From an uncultured Planctomycetia bacterium (GTDB lineage Bacteria > Omnitrophota > Gorgyraeia > 2-02-FULL-51-18): 64,000 bases of DNA. Below, one piece after another: positions 38,555 to 50,090 of the stretch. The stretch covers positions 58,661-122,660 of the forward strand of contig CAZXLF010000006.1 of the NCBI GenBank assembly GCA_964642015.1, read 5' to 3'. How positions within the stretch are numbered: position 1 is the stretch's first letter; every line of letters begins with the position of its first letter. The position numbers were made by a program, and so were the translations under genes. The notes beneath the pieces are model-generated. The model was not told the DNA's origin. It searched no databases and worked only from the letters and a program-made list of their open reading frames with translations.

Positions 38555-40243
38555 TTAACTTTTTAAGGCGGATTTCGGATGTGGCGGAAGCTTCACATTC
38601 ACATCGATACCATTCTCGGCAAAAACCCTCCTCAAAACCCGATGGATCATAGGGACATCAGGAAGCGGTTTTAAGAGTTTTTCGAAATCCAAGCCTTCCT
38701 TGCGCTGCGCGCTTTTGACCAGCGCTAAACCCAAATTGCGCGCCGCGGGCACATAATAGGGATCCAGCTGCAAAGCCCGGACGAATTCGCTGATCGCCGC
38801 TTTGTAATTTGTTTGGCGGGCCAAAGCCAATCCCAGATTATTACGCGTGGGCGCGCGGTCCATGATCTCGGCGCTTTCCCGGAAAAGTTTTTCGGCTCTC
38901 GGCCATGCCGACCGTTCGTATGCCGACAGACCCTCCGCGAAAAGGAGCCACCGGCTGTAAGGAACACGGTTATGATAATTGTAAAAGCGATCTTCGTTCA
39001 GTGACGTCCATAAGTGATGAGCGCTGCTGCTGCCGTACCATAAGAACAATAGCCCGAAAAAAACTAAGACCGGTTTTTTTAGTGCAGGCCGCATCAGGGA
39101 AATTTCGCTGAAAATGACCATTATTAAAATGATGCTGACTGCGAGTAAAAACTGAGAACGTGTCGGCACGATCTCAAAACTCAAGCTGCTTCCAATAACA
39201 AGTTCCAATGATGCGATCAGAATGCACCATAGAAGCAACAATATCTTTGGTTTTTTTCTGGCGCCGATCATGATCGAACAAAATACCAGAAAAGATGCCA
39301 GTGTGAGCGGCCACCCGGGTCCTATCTGTAATTTCTTCGCGAAGATAAAATTGCTTCCCGACAGGATGTTCGCCAAATACTGCTTGACTATCCAAGCACC
39401 GTGGCTCAAAAAATGCAGGAAATTTCTCAAATGAAAACTTTCTTCAGCGCCCAAAGCCGTATGACGCTGAATAAGAAAAAAGATCCCTCCCATGACGCAG
39501 GATAGCCACAGAACAAAAGACCTCGGGATGTCCTCCTTTCCGGAATAAAAAATAAACGGAAAAAGAGCCGGAACGATAAGAAGCGCGCTGTCTTTACAGC
39601 ATGCCGCAAGATACACAGCTATTCCCGCCAGAGGGATCCAAAAAAGAAACTCGGTCTCAGACCTTGTGAGGATCCATCTATAAAAAAGCGCTGTCGCCAG
39701 CATCGCCGGCAGTTCAAGCGCATTAGTAGCCCAGGCGCCTTGGATATAAAACCAGCTTCCAAAAGGATGGGCCGCAAAAAAAAGCGACGCGGCCAGCGCT
39801 TTAAAAGGAGAAAGATTTAAAATTCTCGCGAATAAATAGACGCTGTAAACGGCCAGACCGAACATCAGAGCTGAAAAAAAGCGGAAAGGTCCTGCTTTTT
39901 TTGCCCCATAAATACGCGCCAATGTTAAAAGGGTCAGGTTATTCGCCGGACGGAAGTAACCTGTTTCAATGCCGGATTCAAATTGAAAGATCTTGGACTT
40001 GATCGATCCTTCCGTTAAAAAAACCGAGTTCAGTTTGATCTTTTGCAGATCTTCACTGATAAAAGGCCCGCAAGAAGTCACGATCGCCAGAAAAAACACA
40101 AACGCCCCAATGATCGCTAGCGCATGAGAATTTTTAAGAGAAGTCACAATAGATCTTCTGACATCGATTCGTTCATCAACCAAAGAATATGAGGCGTCAT
40201 CATCAATTGAAGCCGCCCACAGTCTGCAGAGCGCGCGGATCAT
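38555..40243 (-). CDS. Polytopic membrane protein with C-terminal TPR repeats (possibly a TMTC/PMT-like GT-C glycosyltransferase)
   Basis: More than 10 N-terminal TM helices and C-terminal TPRs (NNLGLALARQTNYKAAISEFVRALQLDPYY...). Confidence 0.45.
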   Translation of the reverse strand: MIRALCRLWAASIDDDASYSLVDERIDVRRSIVTSLKNSHALAIIGAFVFFLAIVTSCGPFISEDLQKIKLNSVFLTEGSIKSKIFQFESGIETGYFRPANNLTLLTLARIYGAKKAGPFRFFSALMFGLAVYSVYLFARILNLSPFKALAASLFFAAHPFGSWFYIQGAWATNALELPAMLATALFYRWILTRSETEFLFWIPLAGIAVYLAACCKDSALLIVPALFPFIFYSGKEDIPRSFVLWLSCVMGGIFFLIQRHTALGAEESFHLRNFLHFLSHGAWIVKQYLANILSGSNFIFAKKLQIGPGWPLTLASFLVFCSIMIGARKKPKILLLLWCILIASLELVIGSSLSFEIVPTRSQFLLAVSIILIMVIFSEISLMRPALKKPVLVFFGLLFLWYGSSSAHHLWTSLNEDRFYNYHNRVPYSRWLLFAEGLSAYERSAWPRAEKLFRESAEIMDRAPTRNNLGLALARQTNYKAAISEFVRALQLDPYYVPAARNLGLALVKSAQRKEGLDFEKLLKPLPDVPMIHRVLRRVFAENGIDVNVKLPPHPKSALKS

Positions 40244-40955
40244 TTTGATCCGAGACCCACGCAGAAATTGCCGTTTTCTTTACCGAAAAACCGTCGGGGA
40301 TTTTCAATCGCACTTTTGCTTCGAAGTGCCCGTCTTTTTCGGTTTCCGATTCTTTTTCCTCGTAATCGATCACCGTAAAATCATGCCTGATCCGTCGGCC
40401 CGCATTCTCGCCTGCCTTTACATCAGACACCATGTCAAATCCAAGCAAAGCCGCATGGATCGTAAACGACTTCGAGGACAGATCTCCGGCAGGTAAAAAA
40501 ATTATTTTATACGAGCCTTCCGCTTCCTTTTCGATGGAAAGGATGCCTGCACTTTCTTTCGGATTGAGATTGATCGATTCATAACGCGACCAATCGCGCC
40601 ACTCTTTACCATCCAAAACAAATCCCGGCGTATAGATATCCCGACTTCCCCAAAGTGTGGAATATGCTTGCTGTCTCTCGGTAAAACGCGCGTCGGAAAA
40701 TTTATCCTTCCATCCCAGACGGTCCCAATAATCGACATGAAAAACGACCGGCACATACTCTTTCCAGAGATCCGGATCTTTTTTAAGACGGCTCACCCAT
40801 TCTTCAGCCGGCGGACAGCTGCTGCATCCTTCGGAGCTATAAACTTCCAAAAGCGCGACTTTCTCGGGACCGCTTTGTGCAAGCACAGAAGCCCGGCAAG
40901 GGATTGTAATAATAAACGCGGAAATGACAATAGAAATAATGAGAGTTTTCCGCAT
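40203..40955 (-). CDS. DUF1223 thioredoxin-like secreted protein
   Basis: Signal peptide; EVYSSEGCSSCPPAEEW CxxC box typical of DUF1223. Confidence 0.6.
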   Translation of the reverse strand: MRKTLIISIVISAFIITIPCRASVLAQSGPEKVALLEVYSSEGCSSCPPAEEWVSRLKKDPDLWKEYVPVVFHVDYWDRLGWKDKFSDARFTERQQAYSTLWGSRDIYTPGFVLDGKEWRDWSRYESINLNPKESAGILSIEKEAEGSYKIIFLPAGDLSSKSFTIHAALLGFDMVSDVKAGENAGRRIRHDFTVIDYEEKESETEKDGHFEAKVRLKIPDGFSVKKTAISAWVSDQNDPRALQTVGGFN

Positions 40956-40975
40956 AAAAAACCTAACGCCCCATT

Positions 40976-41476
40976 TTATGCGCGCTGCTTTTTCATGTCA
41001 GCGTATTTTTTCTTGGCCTCCAGAACTTGCGGATGATTCGGGCCGTAGTAATCTTCAAGAACTTTGATAGCACGCTGGGAATATTCGTCGGCCTTCTTAT
41101 AATGTTTCTGAGAATCATAGTACATGGCGAGGTTATTTAAAGGCACCGCAAGATCCGGATGGCCTGCCGGTAATATTTTCTCGGAGATCGATAAAGCTCT
41201 TTTATAAAGAGGTTCCGCGGCTTTGTATTTCTTCGTCTTTTTATAAAGCAGAGCGAGGTTGTTCAGCGCAAGCACCGTTTCCCGGGAATTCGATCCATGA
41301 TCAGATTCCGCGACATCCAGCGCTTTTTGCGCCACAGGAATGGCTTTCGTGTAATATTTGTTCTGGTACATCTCGATCACCTGCGCGTTCAGCGACTCCC
41401 AAGTTTCGGTCGCTGCCGTCGAAATGCCGGGCATACAAAAAGCGGTCAATGCCAATACACCGATAAGTTTCCTCAT
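40976..41476 (-). CDS. Secreted TPR-repeat protein
   Basis: Signal peptide; TPR_12-like repeats (ALNNLALLYKKTKKYKAAEPLYKRAL...). Confidence 0.6.
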   Translation of the reverse strand: MRKLIGVLALTAFCMPGISTAATETWESLNAQVIEMYQNKYYTKAIPVAQKALDVAESDHGSNSRETVLALNNLALLYKKTKKYKAAEPLYKRALSISEKILPAGHPDLAVPLNNLAMYYDSQKHYKKADEYSQRAIKVLEDYYGPNHPQVLEAKKKYADMKKQRA

Positions 41477-41503
41477 ATGCTGCCTCCTATGCTTTGAAAT
41501 GAT

Positions 41504-41923
41504 CTACGATATTTTTTTCAACATTCTGACACCGCGGCCGCCGTTATAGAATTCGACGCTATCCATCATTTTTTTCATCAAGAAAATGCCGCGGCCGCCA
41601 GGCATATTCTCCGAATAACCGCTTTGCGTCGGATCAGGCACGGTCTTCGGATTGAATCCGCCGCCTTCGTCAGAGACGTCCAAACAAACCTGACCATGAT
41701 CCAGCGTGACACTGACTTTCACTTTGCGGGATAATTTCAGGATGTTGCCATGACGCATTGCGTTCGTGAGCGCCTCTTCTAAAGCAAGTTTTATATTGAA
41801 AAGAGTTTCTTCGTCTGTGATGCGAGAGCGCAGCTCTTTGAAAACGCGGTCAATGAACGGATTGACCTGCTTAAGGTCTGTAGCGAGTGTTTCGTGAAGC
41901 GTAAAATTATTTTCCAAACTCAT
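41504..41923 (-). CDS. Anti-sigma regulatory factor / RsbW-type serine kinase (HATPase_c_2)
   Basis: EEALTNAMRHG N-box; DEGGGF and GGRGIFLM G-boxes. Confidence 0.6.
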   Translation of the reverse strand: MSLENNFTLHETLATDLKQVNPFIDRVFKELRSRITDEETLFNIKLALEEALTNAMRHGNILKLSRKVKVSVTLDHGQVCLDVSDEGGGFNPKTVPDPTQSGYSENMPGGRGIFLMKKMMDSVEFYNGGRGVRMLKKIS

Positions 41924-42300
41924 GAAGGACGGATCTTCGGCTTGATCTTCCCTTTTTGCACACCGTCGAGAAATTTATCCAAGAATTCATCAGCCTGTTC
42001 TAGGCTTGCAAAAAGCTGAGGGCCCATGAATTTCGTCGACTCAAACACCAGCTGCACCTGCGGCTGCACGTTCACGAGCGCGATCGTCGCGGCTTTAGCT
42101 TCCAGCTCGATCTTCGCACGGAAAAAAGCGCTCAAGCCCATGCTGCTGATATAAGTGACCTGCGCCATATCCATCACCACCGCTTTGGCTTTGGGAATAA
42201 TGCTCTTAAACTGCTCGGTTAAAGCTCCATAGGTTTCCGTATTGATCTCGCCTTTCAAAGCTAGATTGTAAATACCGGCTTCTTTCTCGCTGACCTGGAT
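41920..42300 (-). CDS. STAS-domain anti-sigma-factor antagonist, translationally coupled to the RsbW-like kinase; start uncertain
   Basis: STAS core: VVMDMAQVTYISSMGLSAF. The annotated ORF start overlaps the upstream SGNH gene by about 110 nt, so the true start is probably internal. Confidence 0.45.
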   Translation of the reverse strand: MQVSEKEAGIYNLALKGEINTETYGALTEQFKSIIPKAKAVVMDMAQVTYISSMGLSAFFRAKIELEAKAATIALVNVQPQVQLVFESTKFMGPQLFASLEQADEFLDKFLDGVQKGKIKPKIRPS

Positions 42301-42388
42301 ATCAAGTGCCACGGACACTCCTTTGTTTTTTAATAGTTGGCGGTAATATTTTATCTTTTTTGATAAAAAAAGTTTAGATAAAACAGTT

Positions 42389-43561
42389 TCACAATTTTTT
42401 GATCTGCTCGGCGATTTTACCCGCTGCCAATTCGCGGCCCATCGGGTTAAGATGCGTGTCAAATTGATAGTAAAGATATTGCCTGTTCCTTGCAGCATCC
42501 TTAAAAAAAGGCGTGAAACTTAAGAACGAGATCGCTGACCGGCCGGCCAGCTCGCGTATTGCCGTCTCTTGGTTTTCTGCCGCTTGAAGCTGCTGGGTAC
42601 GGATCTTGAGCCACTTGGCTCCGCTATGCCCGGTAGAATAAGGACCGTAAATATGCACCGTCGACGGAAAATAAGCGATCAGCGGTTTGATGTGATAGTC
42701 ATGACAGGTCTTGGTCCATTCCTTAAAAACCTGATCCAATATCTTGCCTTCATTGGAATTCAAAATATCTTTCACCGTCCGCGTGTCCGATTTATAGGAA
42801 AATACCGTGGGGAACGTTCGATCCCCTATCTTCACTTCGACAAGTTCGTCGCGTACATCCGCCTCATAACGGTTCTTGATGCCAAGGATCCCTAAGATCC
42901 GCTTTTTGAAATATCTCCAAACATCCCGGGACGCGATCAGATATCTTTTGAAAAAACTTTTGGATGATAAATTAAAATGATAATAATTCCCGCCGGCTTT
43001 CCATCGCTGATACTGAACGACGTCTTCGAGATCATTTCCTTCAAAAAAACACATCACGGCATAGCGCGGCAACTGTTTTAATCCATAACGCTCAAATACT
43101 CTCAAATACTGGCATGGTCCCCACCATTCGGTCCCAAAATCGCTGGTCTGAAGGCCCGTCGCCTTTTTTATTCTGAACCGTAGAGAATCTTCCAGGCTTT
43201 CAGAAACGCCGAGAAAAGAATCTCCCAAGAGAACAATATCGGACCTCGATGGATTCTCGTTGCGGAAACCATCCGGTCCTACAACAAGCTCGAACGGGAA
43301 CGGTGCCGGTTTTACGTGAAGACCGGGACGGTAAAGATCGCCAAGACCGTCCTTCACGTGATAAGCACGCGGTCTCCAATGAAAAACAAGATCAGGGTCT
43401 TCTATGAATCGACGGCGGAGCGCATAGTAATGGATCTCGTCGGAGAAAACTCGCGACGACATCATCGGATTTGCTTCGAAAAAAGCAAAAATGATCAGTG
43501 TGGCAATTAAGAATGTCGCAAAAAATATCGCTAAACCTGCGAATATCTCATTTCTCGACAT
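42389..43561 (-). CDS. Membrane-anchored SGNH/GDSL-like hydrolase or acyltransferase (AlgX/AlgJ-like)
   Basis: N-terminal TM; IVLLGDSF block; C-terminal FDTHLNPMG (DxxH). Confidence 0.45.
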   Translation of the reverse strand: MSRNEIFAGLAIFFATFLIATLIIFAFFEANPMMSSRVFSDEIHYYALRRRFIEDPDLVFHWRPRAYHVKDGLGDLYRPGLHVKPAPFPFELVVGPDGFRNENPSRSDIVLLGDSFLGVSESLEDSLRFRIKKATGLQTSDFGTEWWGPCQYLRVFERYGLKQLPRYAVMCFFEGNDLEDVVQYQRWKAGGNYYHFNLSSKSFFKRYLIASRDVWRYFKKRILGILGIKNRYEADVRDELVEVKIGDRTFPTVFSYKSDTRTVKDILNSNEGKILDQVFKEWTKTCHDYHIKPLIAYFPSTVHIYGPYSTGHSGAKWLKIRTQQLQAAENQETAIRELAGRSAISFLSFTPFFKDAARNRQYLYYQFDTHLNPMGRELAAGKIAEQIKKL

Positions 43562-43598
43562 GCGGCTCTTGGTGCCTAGCTTTGGTGGACGGATGTTT

Positions 43599-43877
43599 TC
43601 AATGACTAATGCGATCTATCTGCTTCGCTTCTTTGCGATCGGCCATGAGCCATACTTTCAGCTTGTCATTCTTTTTGTAGTTGTTGATCATGCCCTGTTT
43701 GACAAGCACGCGGTATTCACGCCTGCCGATCTTGTTGTCCAGCTCATTCTTAACGATTATGATGCTTTTCGTGTAATCAATATTGATAATAAGCCCCTGC
43801 AGATCCGGGTCTCCTGCCCACGCGACAGCCGTGGTCAACATCATCCCGAGAAATATCCCTGCGATCGTTTTCTTCAT
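43599..43877 (-). CDS. Small secreted protein
   Basis: Internal ATG with AAGGAG RBS; signal peptide MKKTIAGIFLGMMLTTAVAWA. Confidence 0.4.
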   Translation of the reverse strand: MKKTIAGIFLGMMLTTAVAWAGDPDLQGLIINIDYTKSIIIVKNELDNKIGRREYRVLVKQGMINNYKKNDKLKVWLMADRKEAKQIDRISH

Positions 43878-43896
43878 CGTCTCTCCTTTTTTAATA

Positions 43897-44883
<987 letters not shown>

Positions 44884-44902
44884 TTCTCCCTCCGGAAAAT
44901 AT

Positions 44903-45451
44903 TTATTCTTCGATCGCGTAGATCAGATTGTCTTCGATGCGGTAAATGAAAGGTGCGACTTCTATCTTTGGATATTGGCGTTTCAGACGCTTGGACTCGC
45001 TCAGCACAAAATCGATCTCATTGCCGATCTCATGCTCGTCGACGAACTGATCAAAATGTTCTGCCGCTCGCTCACGGCTCCATCCGGCGCCTTCGACCAT
45101 GCCTTGGATGAAAAGTTCCTGCCTGTCCATGAGGCGCGACATGCCGCACTGATTGTGGCCGACAAGCGCGATGTAGCGCACACCGCCGATCGCGATCGCA
45201 TAGGATACCCTGAATTCACTGTAGCGCAGATTGGCGCCTCCGGTGCGGATGATGAACGCAAAATTTTCAGGAATATGCAGATGCTTGCGGTTGTCCATGC
45301 ACATGCCGATCAGAAGCCGTGCACTGGTGTAGGCCTCATAAGGACGGTTCAGATTGTGATATTCAAGAAGTCGCCCGATCGGTGTATCCCGAAGCTCAGA
45401 CGCAATGTCATTGACGGACTGTATCTTTCTGAGACGATCCAAAGAATTCAT
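44903..45451 (-). CDS. Beta-class carbonic anhydrase-like protein (variant CxDNR)
   Basis: CMDNR in place of CxDSR, and HNQCG (HxxCG), the two Zn-ligand motifs of beta-CA. Confidence 0.45.
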   Translation of the reverse strand: MNSLDRLRKIQSVNDIASELRDTPIGRLLEYHNLNRPYEAYTSARLLIGMCMDNRKHLHIPENFAFIIRTGGANLRYSEFRVSYAIAIGGVRYIALVGHNQCGMSRLMDRQELFIQGMVEGAGWSRERAAEHFDQFVDEHEIGNEIDFVLSESKRLKRQYPKIEVAPFIYRIEDNLIYAIEE

Positions 45452-45688
45452 CCTCCGTAATTTAGGTCATATTCTATCTATTTTGCGGGGAAATGGTTAG
45501 GAAAATTTTGAGCATAAACAAAAAGCTACGGCAATTATCCACCGTAGTTTTATTAAATCAATTCCTATAAAAAATCGATCAGGCCACTGCTGTATCGTAA
45601 TGCCAAAAATACTAAAAAAAATTTTGGTTAAAATATTCCGGAATTTATGCAAAAATCAATGTCTTATTGACTGGGATATATTTGGATC

Positions 45689-46525
45689 ATGACAAACCTT
45701 ACTGTACAAAATACGGCCGATATTGACACACGCCGCGAGAAAGCTTTGGAGCTTGAAAGAAAAGCATCCTCACTGCAATCCGACGGCAAGATCCAGCAGG
45801 CGTTTGACGCGTATGATGAAGCGGGCAACACATTCCGTGATCTCGGCGAACATTTAAAATCATCGATCTGCTATTCCGCGGCCGCGACATGCTGGAGTAT
45901 CTACACAGGGCGCCATTCGCAGGTGCAGGCCGCAAGCCGGACTTATCTTGCCGCCGTCGAGGCCATGCAGGCCAAGCAATACGATTACTCGCGTTCATTA
46001 TTCCGCGACGCGGCGATCCTTTTTGAGAGTGAAGGTGATGCCGAAAATTATTCCAAGTGCTTCATCGGATCGCAGCGCGCAGGACGTCAGCGTGCTTTTG
46101 AATTATGGCTGCACGGACGTGCGTCTGATAGTTTTGACATCAGTTCGATCCTGGATGAAAAAGCGGGCTTCAGGCAACGGGCACACAATCTGCTTCGATG
46201 GCTGTTAAATATTTTAAATGATGCGATCTGGGGATACGGTGAAAAACCGTTCCGCACGTTCGCGGTTTTAGTCGTGATCGTGGTCGGCTGCGCAATAGCG
46301 TACAGTCTCTCCGGCTGTATCGTCATAGAAAATACGGTGCGGCGATTATCTTTTTGGGAAGGTCTCTACTTCAGCGCGACGACATTCACGACCGTAGGGT
46401 TCGGCGATTATGTGCCGACGCATTGGACGCGCTTTCTTGCCGCGATAGAAGCAATGTCAGGGATGGCGCTTGTGCCGGTATTTCTCGTAGGTCTCACCCG
46501 CCGGCATCTCAGGATGCATCAATAA
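45689..46525 (+). CDS. Two-TM potassium channel with an N-terminal cytoplasmic helical domain
   Basis: Pore helix plus selectivity filter TTVGFGD between two TM helices at the C-terminus. Confidence 0.65.
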   Translation: MTNLTVQNTADIDTRREKALELERKASSLQSDGKIQQAFDAYDEAGNTFRDLGEHLKSSICYSAAATCWSIYTGRHSQVQAASRTYLAAVEAMQAKQYDYSRSLFRDAAILFESEGDAENYSKCFIGSQRAGRQRAFELWLHGRASDSFDISSILDEKAGFRQRAHNLLRWLLNILNDAIWGYGEKPFRTFAVLVVIVVGCAIAYSLSGCIVIENTVRRLSFWEGLYFSATTFTTVGFGDYVPTHWTRFLAAIEAMSGMALVPVFLVGLTRRHLRMHQ

Positions 46526-46564
46526 TTTATCGACTTCACTAAGGGTCGATCAAAAAATCGAATA

Positions 46565-47569
46565 TCATCCCGCTTTCCCGACTCGCTGGCCATACGCAGG
46601 CGGAATAAAATGAGGCATCGCGCCCGGCATCAGGTGTCCCAAGTCATCGAATAGTTTCTCTTCATAGGTTTTGATCCGCTGTCTTTCTTCGGCAGAAAGA
46701 ATACCATCTGCTAAACACGGTTCCAGAAATTGATGCTGATAGTCGGTGTGATCATGTCCGGGCACGATCACCAAATTACCCAATGATCGGCGAAGACGCT
46801 GGATGCGTCTGATCGAATCGACCTGCTGTTTTTCCAAAATTTTTCCTCCGAACATGATCGGGCGCACATCATCAACGGCCAGATGCCTCAACGTGTACAT
46901 GATGTCGCCTGTAAGCAATAGATGATAGCCATCCATCCGCACGAGCACCGCCAGATGGCCCGGATTGTGCCCCGGTGTCGGCAAGAGGATCACGCTGCCG
47001 TCGCCCACGAGGTCTTGACTCGCGTCGAAACTATGAAAAGAACCCGACGTAAAAGTGACCGACTGCCATTCTTTGACCTTGTCTATCGAGGGCCGATAGA
47101 CGATCGGAACAAATCCAAATGCTTTCATTTTAAGGGACGCCCATTCCGCCTGCGATACGACGACTTTTGCCTCAGGCACATATTGGAGACCGCCGACATG
47201 GTCCTCGTGAAAATGCGTCAATACCACCATGCGGATATCCTCGCACCGGTAACCCAGCTGCTTGACCTGCGCCGGCAGTTCCTGTTCCCGAGTCAGAAGA
47301 TATTCGTCGTCATCCAGCAGATAACGCATGATCCCTTTGTAATAATTGCGATGTTCATGCGCCTGCTGCCAATTGATGCCTGTATCAACAAGGATCAATC
47401 CGGCCTTCGGATGATCGATCAAATAAGCATGGATCGGCACAAGGATATAGTGGCTTTTGTCGGTGATGAATTTCCACATGCCGCCTATTCCTCTCCATCC
47501 CTGCAGTCCTCCATAAAATTGTCCGAAAGGGACTTTTGTGTCCCCGACATAAAGAGAAAATATTTTCAT
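46565..47569 (-). CDS. MBL-fold metallo-hydrolase
   Basis: LTHFHEDHVGG (HxHxDH) and a downstream His/Asp motif. Confidence 0.7.
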   Translation of the reverse strand: MKIFSLYVGDTKVPFGQFYGGLQGWRGIGGMWKFITDKSHYILVPIHAYLIDHPKAGLILVDTGINWQQAHEHRNYYKGIMRYLLDDDEYLLTREQELPAQVKQLGYRCEDIRMVVLTHFHEDHVGGLQYVPEAKVVVSQAEWASLKMKAFGFVPIVYRPSIDKVKEWQSVTFTSGSFHSFDASQDLVGDGSVILLPTPGHNPGHLAVLVRMDGYHLLLTGDIMYTLRHLAVDDVRPIMFGGKILEKQQVDSIRRIQRLRRSLGNLVIVPGHDHTDYQHQFLEPCLADGILSAEERQRIKTYEEKLFDDLGHLMPGAMPHFIPPAYGQRVGKAG

Positions 47570-47723
47570 CGATTTTCCTCCTGCTTCGATCGGATTATAT
47601 TGTTCCTAAAACCAAAAAATAACCCGTTTATGAATTTATCTGACATAAATCGTCCGGATCAATAGAGCCATTTTACCCATTTTTGTTAAGGAAATTGTAG
47701 TTTATTTTCTGTAAAATGCTTTC

Positions 47724-49151
47724 ATGCACGTTATCCGTTGGATCTTCCTGCGTTTTCTGGGCCTGATCTATCTGTCCGCTTTTCTATCGCTTTGGCCGCA
47801 AATTCCCGGTCTCATCGGAAGCCGCGGCATATTGCCGGCGCATGACCTTTTGAACGCGGCCGGCAACCAGCTCGGCGTCATGCGTTACTGGTTCTTTCCG
47901 ACACTCTTTTGGCTGAATCATTCAGACATTTTCCTGCAAATCATCTGCATAGCCGGTATCTGCGCTTCGATACTCCTCGTCATCGGCATAGCTCCGGTCG
48001 TCAATCTGTCCGTTCTTTGGTTCTTTTATTTGTCATTCTACACGGTTGGCGGTGATTTTCTACAATTCCAATGGGACGTCCTGCTTCTTGAAACAGGTTT
48101 TCTTGCGGTCTTTTTTGCCCCGCTTCAATGGACGGAAAAACTTTCCAGCCCCTCGCAGCCGTCACCCATGATCGTGTGGCTTTTTAGGTGGCTGCTTTTC
48201 CGGCTCATGCTCCTTTCAGGCGCCTCAAAACTTTTGAGCGGAGATCCCACCTGGCGCGATCTTACCGCGCTTAATTTTCATTATCAGACCCAGCCTCTGC
48301 CGACATGGATCGGCTGGTACGCGCATCACTTGTCCGGACACTTCCAAAGTTTTTCGGTTTTCACGATGTTTGTGATCGAGCTTGTGATACCCTTTTTTAT
48401 TTTTCTTCCCAGAAAACTGCGCCTCTTCGCTTTCTTTCCGATCGTGGGCCTGCAACTTTTGATCTTGCTGACAGGCAATTATTGTTTCTTTAATTTACTT
48501 GCGATCGCGTTATCTATTTTACTGCTGGACGATGCGTTTATTATGAGATCCTCTTCAGCGGCAACTGAAAGAAAAGAATGGCCGAGATGGATCACGATAT
48601 CCGTCGCGAGCCTCGTCCTTTTCTTGTCCTTTATTCAGACAACGATCCGATTCAGAGAGCCCGTTCCAATGATGCGGCCGTTCTATATTCTGGGAGAGTT
48701 GTCCTCGCCTTTCTGCATCACGAATAGCTACGGCCTTTTCGCCGTGATGACGACGTCGAGGTCCGAGATCATCGTCGAAGGCTCAGATGACGGTGACACA
48801 TGGCAAGTTTACGAATTCAAGTACAAGCCCGGTGACTTGAAAAAGAAACCTTCTTTTGTGGAGCCGCACCAACCGAGACTTGATTGGCAGATGTGGTTCG
48901 CCGCTTTGGGCAATTACCGGCAAAACCGCTGGTTCATGCTGTTTCTAAAAAGACTTTTGGAGGGCTCAAAACCCGTATTGGATCTTATGGCAAAAAATCC
49001 GTTCCCCGACAAACCGCCCAAATATGTGAGAGCTGTGCTCTATGATTATCGGTTCACCAGTCCCGAAGAAAAAAAGAGGACCGGCGAATGGTGGACACGC
49101 GCCTATCAGCATCCGTACTGCCCGACCGTATCACTGGAAGATTATCGATAA
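47724..49151 (+). CDS. Lipase-maturation-factor (LMF1/DUF1222)-family membrane protein
   Basis: N-terminal WIFLRFLGLIYLSAFLSLWPQIPGLIGSRGILP signature and polytopic architecture. Confidence 0.55.
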   Translation: MHVIRWIFLRFLGLIYLSAFLSLWPQIPGLIGSRGILPAHDLLNAAGNQLGVMRYWFFPTLFWLNHSDIFLQIICIAGICASILLVIGIAPVVNLSVLWFFYLSFYTVGGDFLQFQWDVLLLETGFLAVFFAPLQWTEKLSSPSQPSPMIVWLFRWLLFRLMLLSGASKLLSGDPTWRDLTALNFHYQTQPLPTWIGWYAHHLSGHFQSFSVFTMFVIELVIPFFIFLPRKLRLFAFFPIVGLQLLILLTGNYCFFNLLAIALSILLLDDAFIMRSSSAATERKEWPRWITISVASLVLFLSFIQTTIRFREPVPMMRPFYILGELSSPFCITNSYGLFAVMTTSRSEIIVEGSDDGDTWQVYEFKYKPGDLKKKPSFVEPHQPRLDWQMWFAALGNYRQNRWFMLFLKRLLEGSKPVLDLMAKNPFPDKPPKYVRAVLYDYRFTSPEEKKRTGEWWTRAYQHPYCPTVSLEDYR

Positions 49152-49207
49152 GCATCTGACGATAATTTAAAAAATCGGCGGTGTCCTATTAGACAACGCT
49201 TTAAAGT

Positions 49208-49960
49208 TTACGGCGCGATCGCGAAATCCGCCTTCACGACAGCGTTTACTTTTTTGTCGAGTGATGTCGTATCGTTTGTTCCCCAGTCTGATACATCGTA
49301 AGAATTCACCGGCGTGATCTGGAATACACCCATTTTCGCGGAGCGTATGGCTCCGATCCTGTTGCCGCTTGACGCGGCGATCTCTTCGGCGCGTTTTTTG
49401 GCGTCCATCGTCGCTTCCTTCAGCATTTCGATCTTAAGCTCGGCCAGTTTCGTATAAAAATACTCCGGCGCTGCGGAAACGAGCTCGATACCGCGGTCGA
49501 TCAGTTCCGTCGCCTCGCGCGAGATCGCCGTCACTTTCTGGATATCATTGGACCGGACCTCGATCTGCTGACTCAGCAAGTAACCTTCGATCTCATTTGT
49601 ATTATTTCCCTTCTCGTTTTTCTTATAAAGGATCTCCGTGTTCGTCTGTGCGATGATCAGCTCATTTTCACTGATGCCTTTGGAAACCAGATAATCTTTG
49701 ACGACTTTGAGGTCCGCCTTCAAGAAATCGAACGCCTGCGTCATCTTCGGATCGCGCTTCGAAAACGTGAGCTTCCAGACCATGTAATCGGAAACGATCT
49801 TTTTCTCGGCTGAACCTGTGACGCTGACGACTTCTTTGGAGAATCGCATCGCTTTCATCACTCCCTGGGAAAGAATGACGGTCGAAACGATAGTGGCAAC
49901 GGCGATGCAGACACCCAAAACAACGATCTGTGAATTCTTGAAAATACCTTGTCCTTCCAT
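49208..49960 (-). CDS. SIMPL/DUF541-domain periplasmic protein
   Basis: N-terminal anchor; architecture and length match SIMPL family (recall). Confidence 0.55.
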   Translation of the reverse strand: MEGQGIFKNSQIVVLGVCIAVATIVSTVILSQGVMKAMRFSKEVVSVTGSAEKKIVSDYMVWKLTFSKRDPKMTQAFDFLKADLKVVKDYLVSKGISENELIIAQTNTEILYKKNEKGNNTNEIEGYLLSQQIEVRSNDIQKVTAISREATELIDRGIELVSAAPEYFYTKLAELKIEMLKEATMDAKKRAEEIAASSGNRIGAIRSAKMGVFQITPVNSYDVSDWGTNDTTSLDKKVNAVVKADFAIAP

Positions 49961-50090
49961 GGCGGGCCCCTTTAATTTGGTTTGGTTAGGTGGTTATACT
50001 TGGCTGGAATTGTATTATAACACCTTTTTATTTTTTATTTCAAAGAGAAGAGCAAGAAAAGGATCTTTCGATCCAACTTTTTTTAAATAG

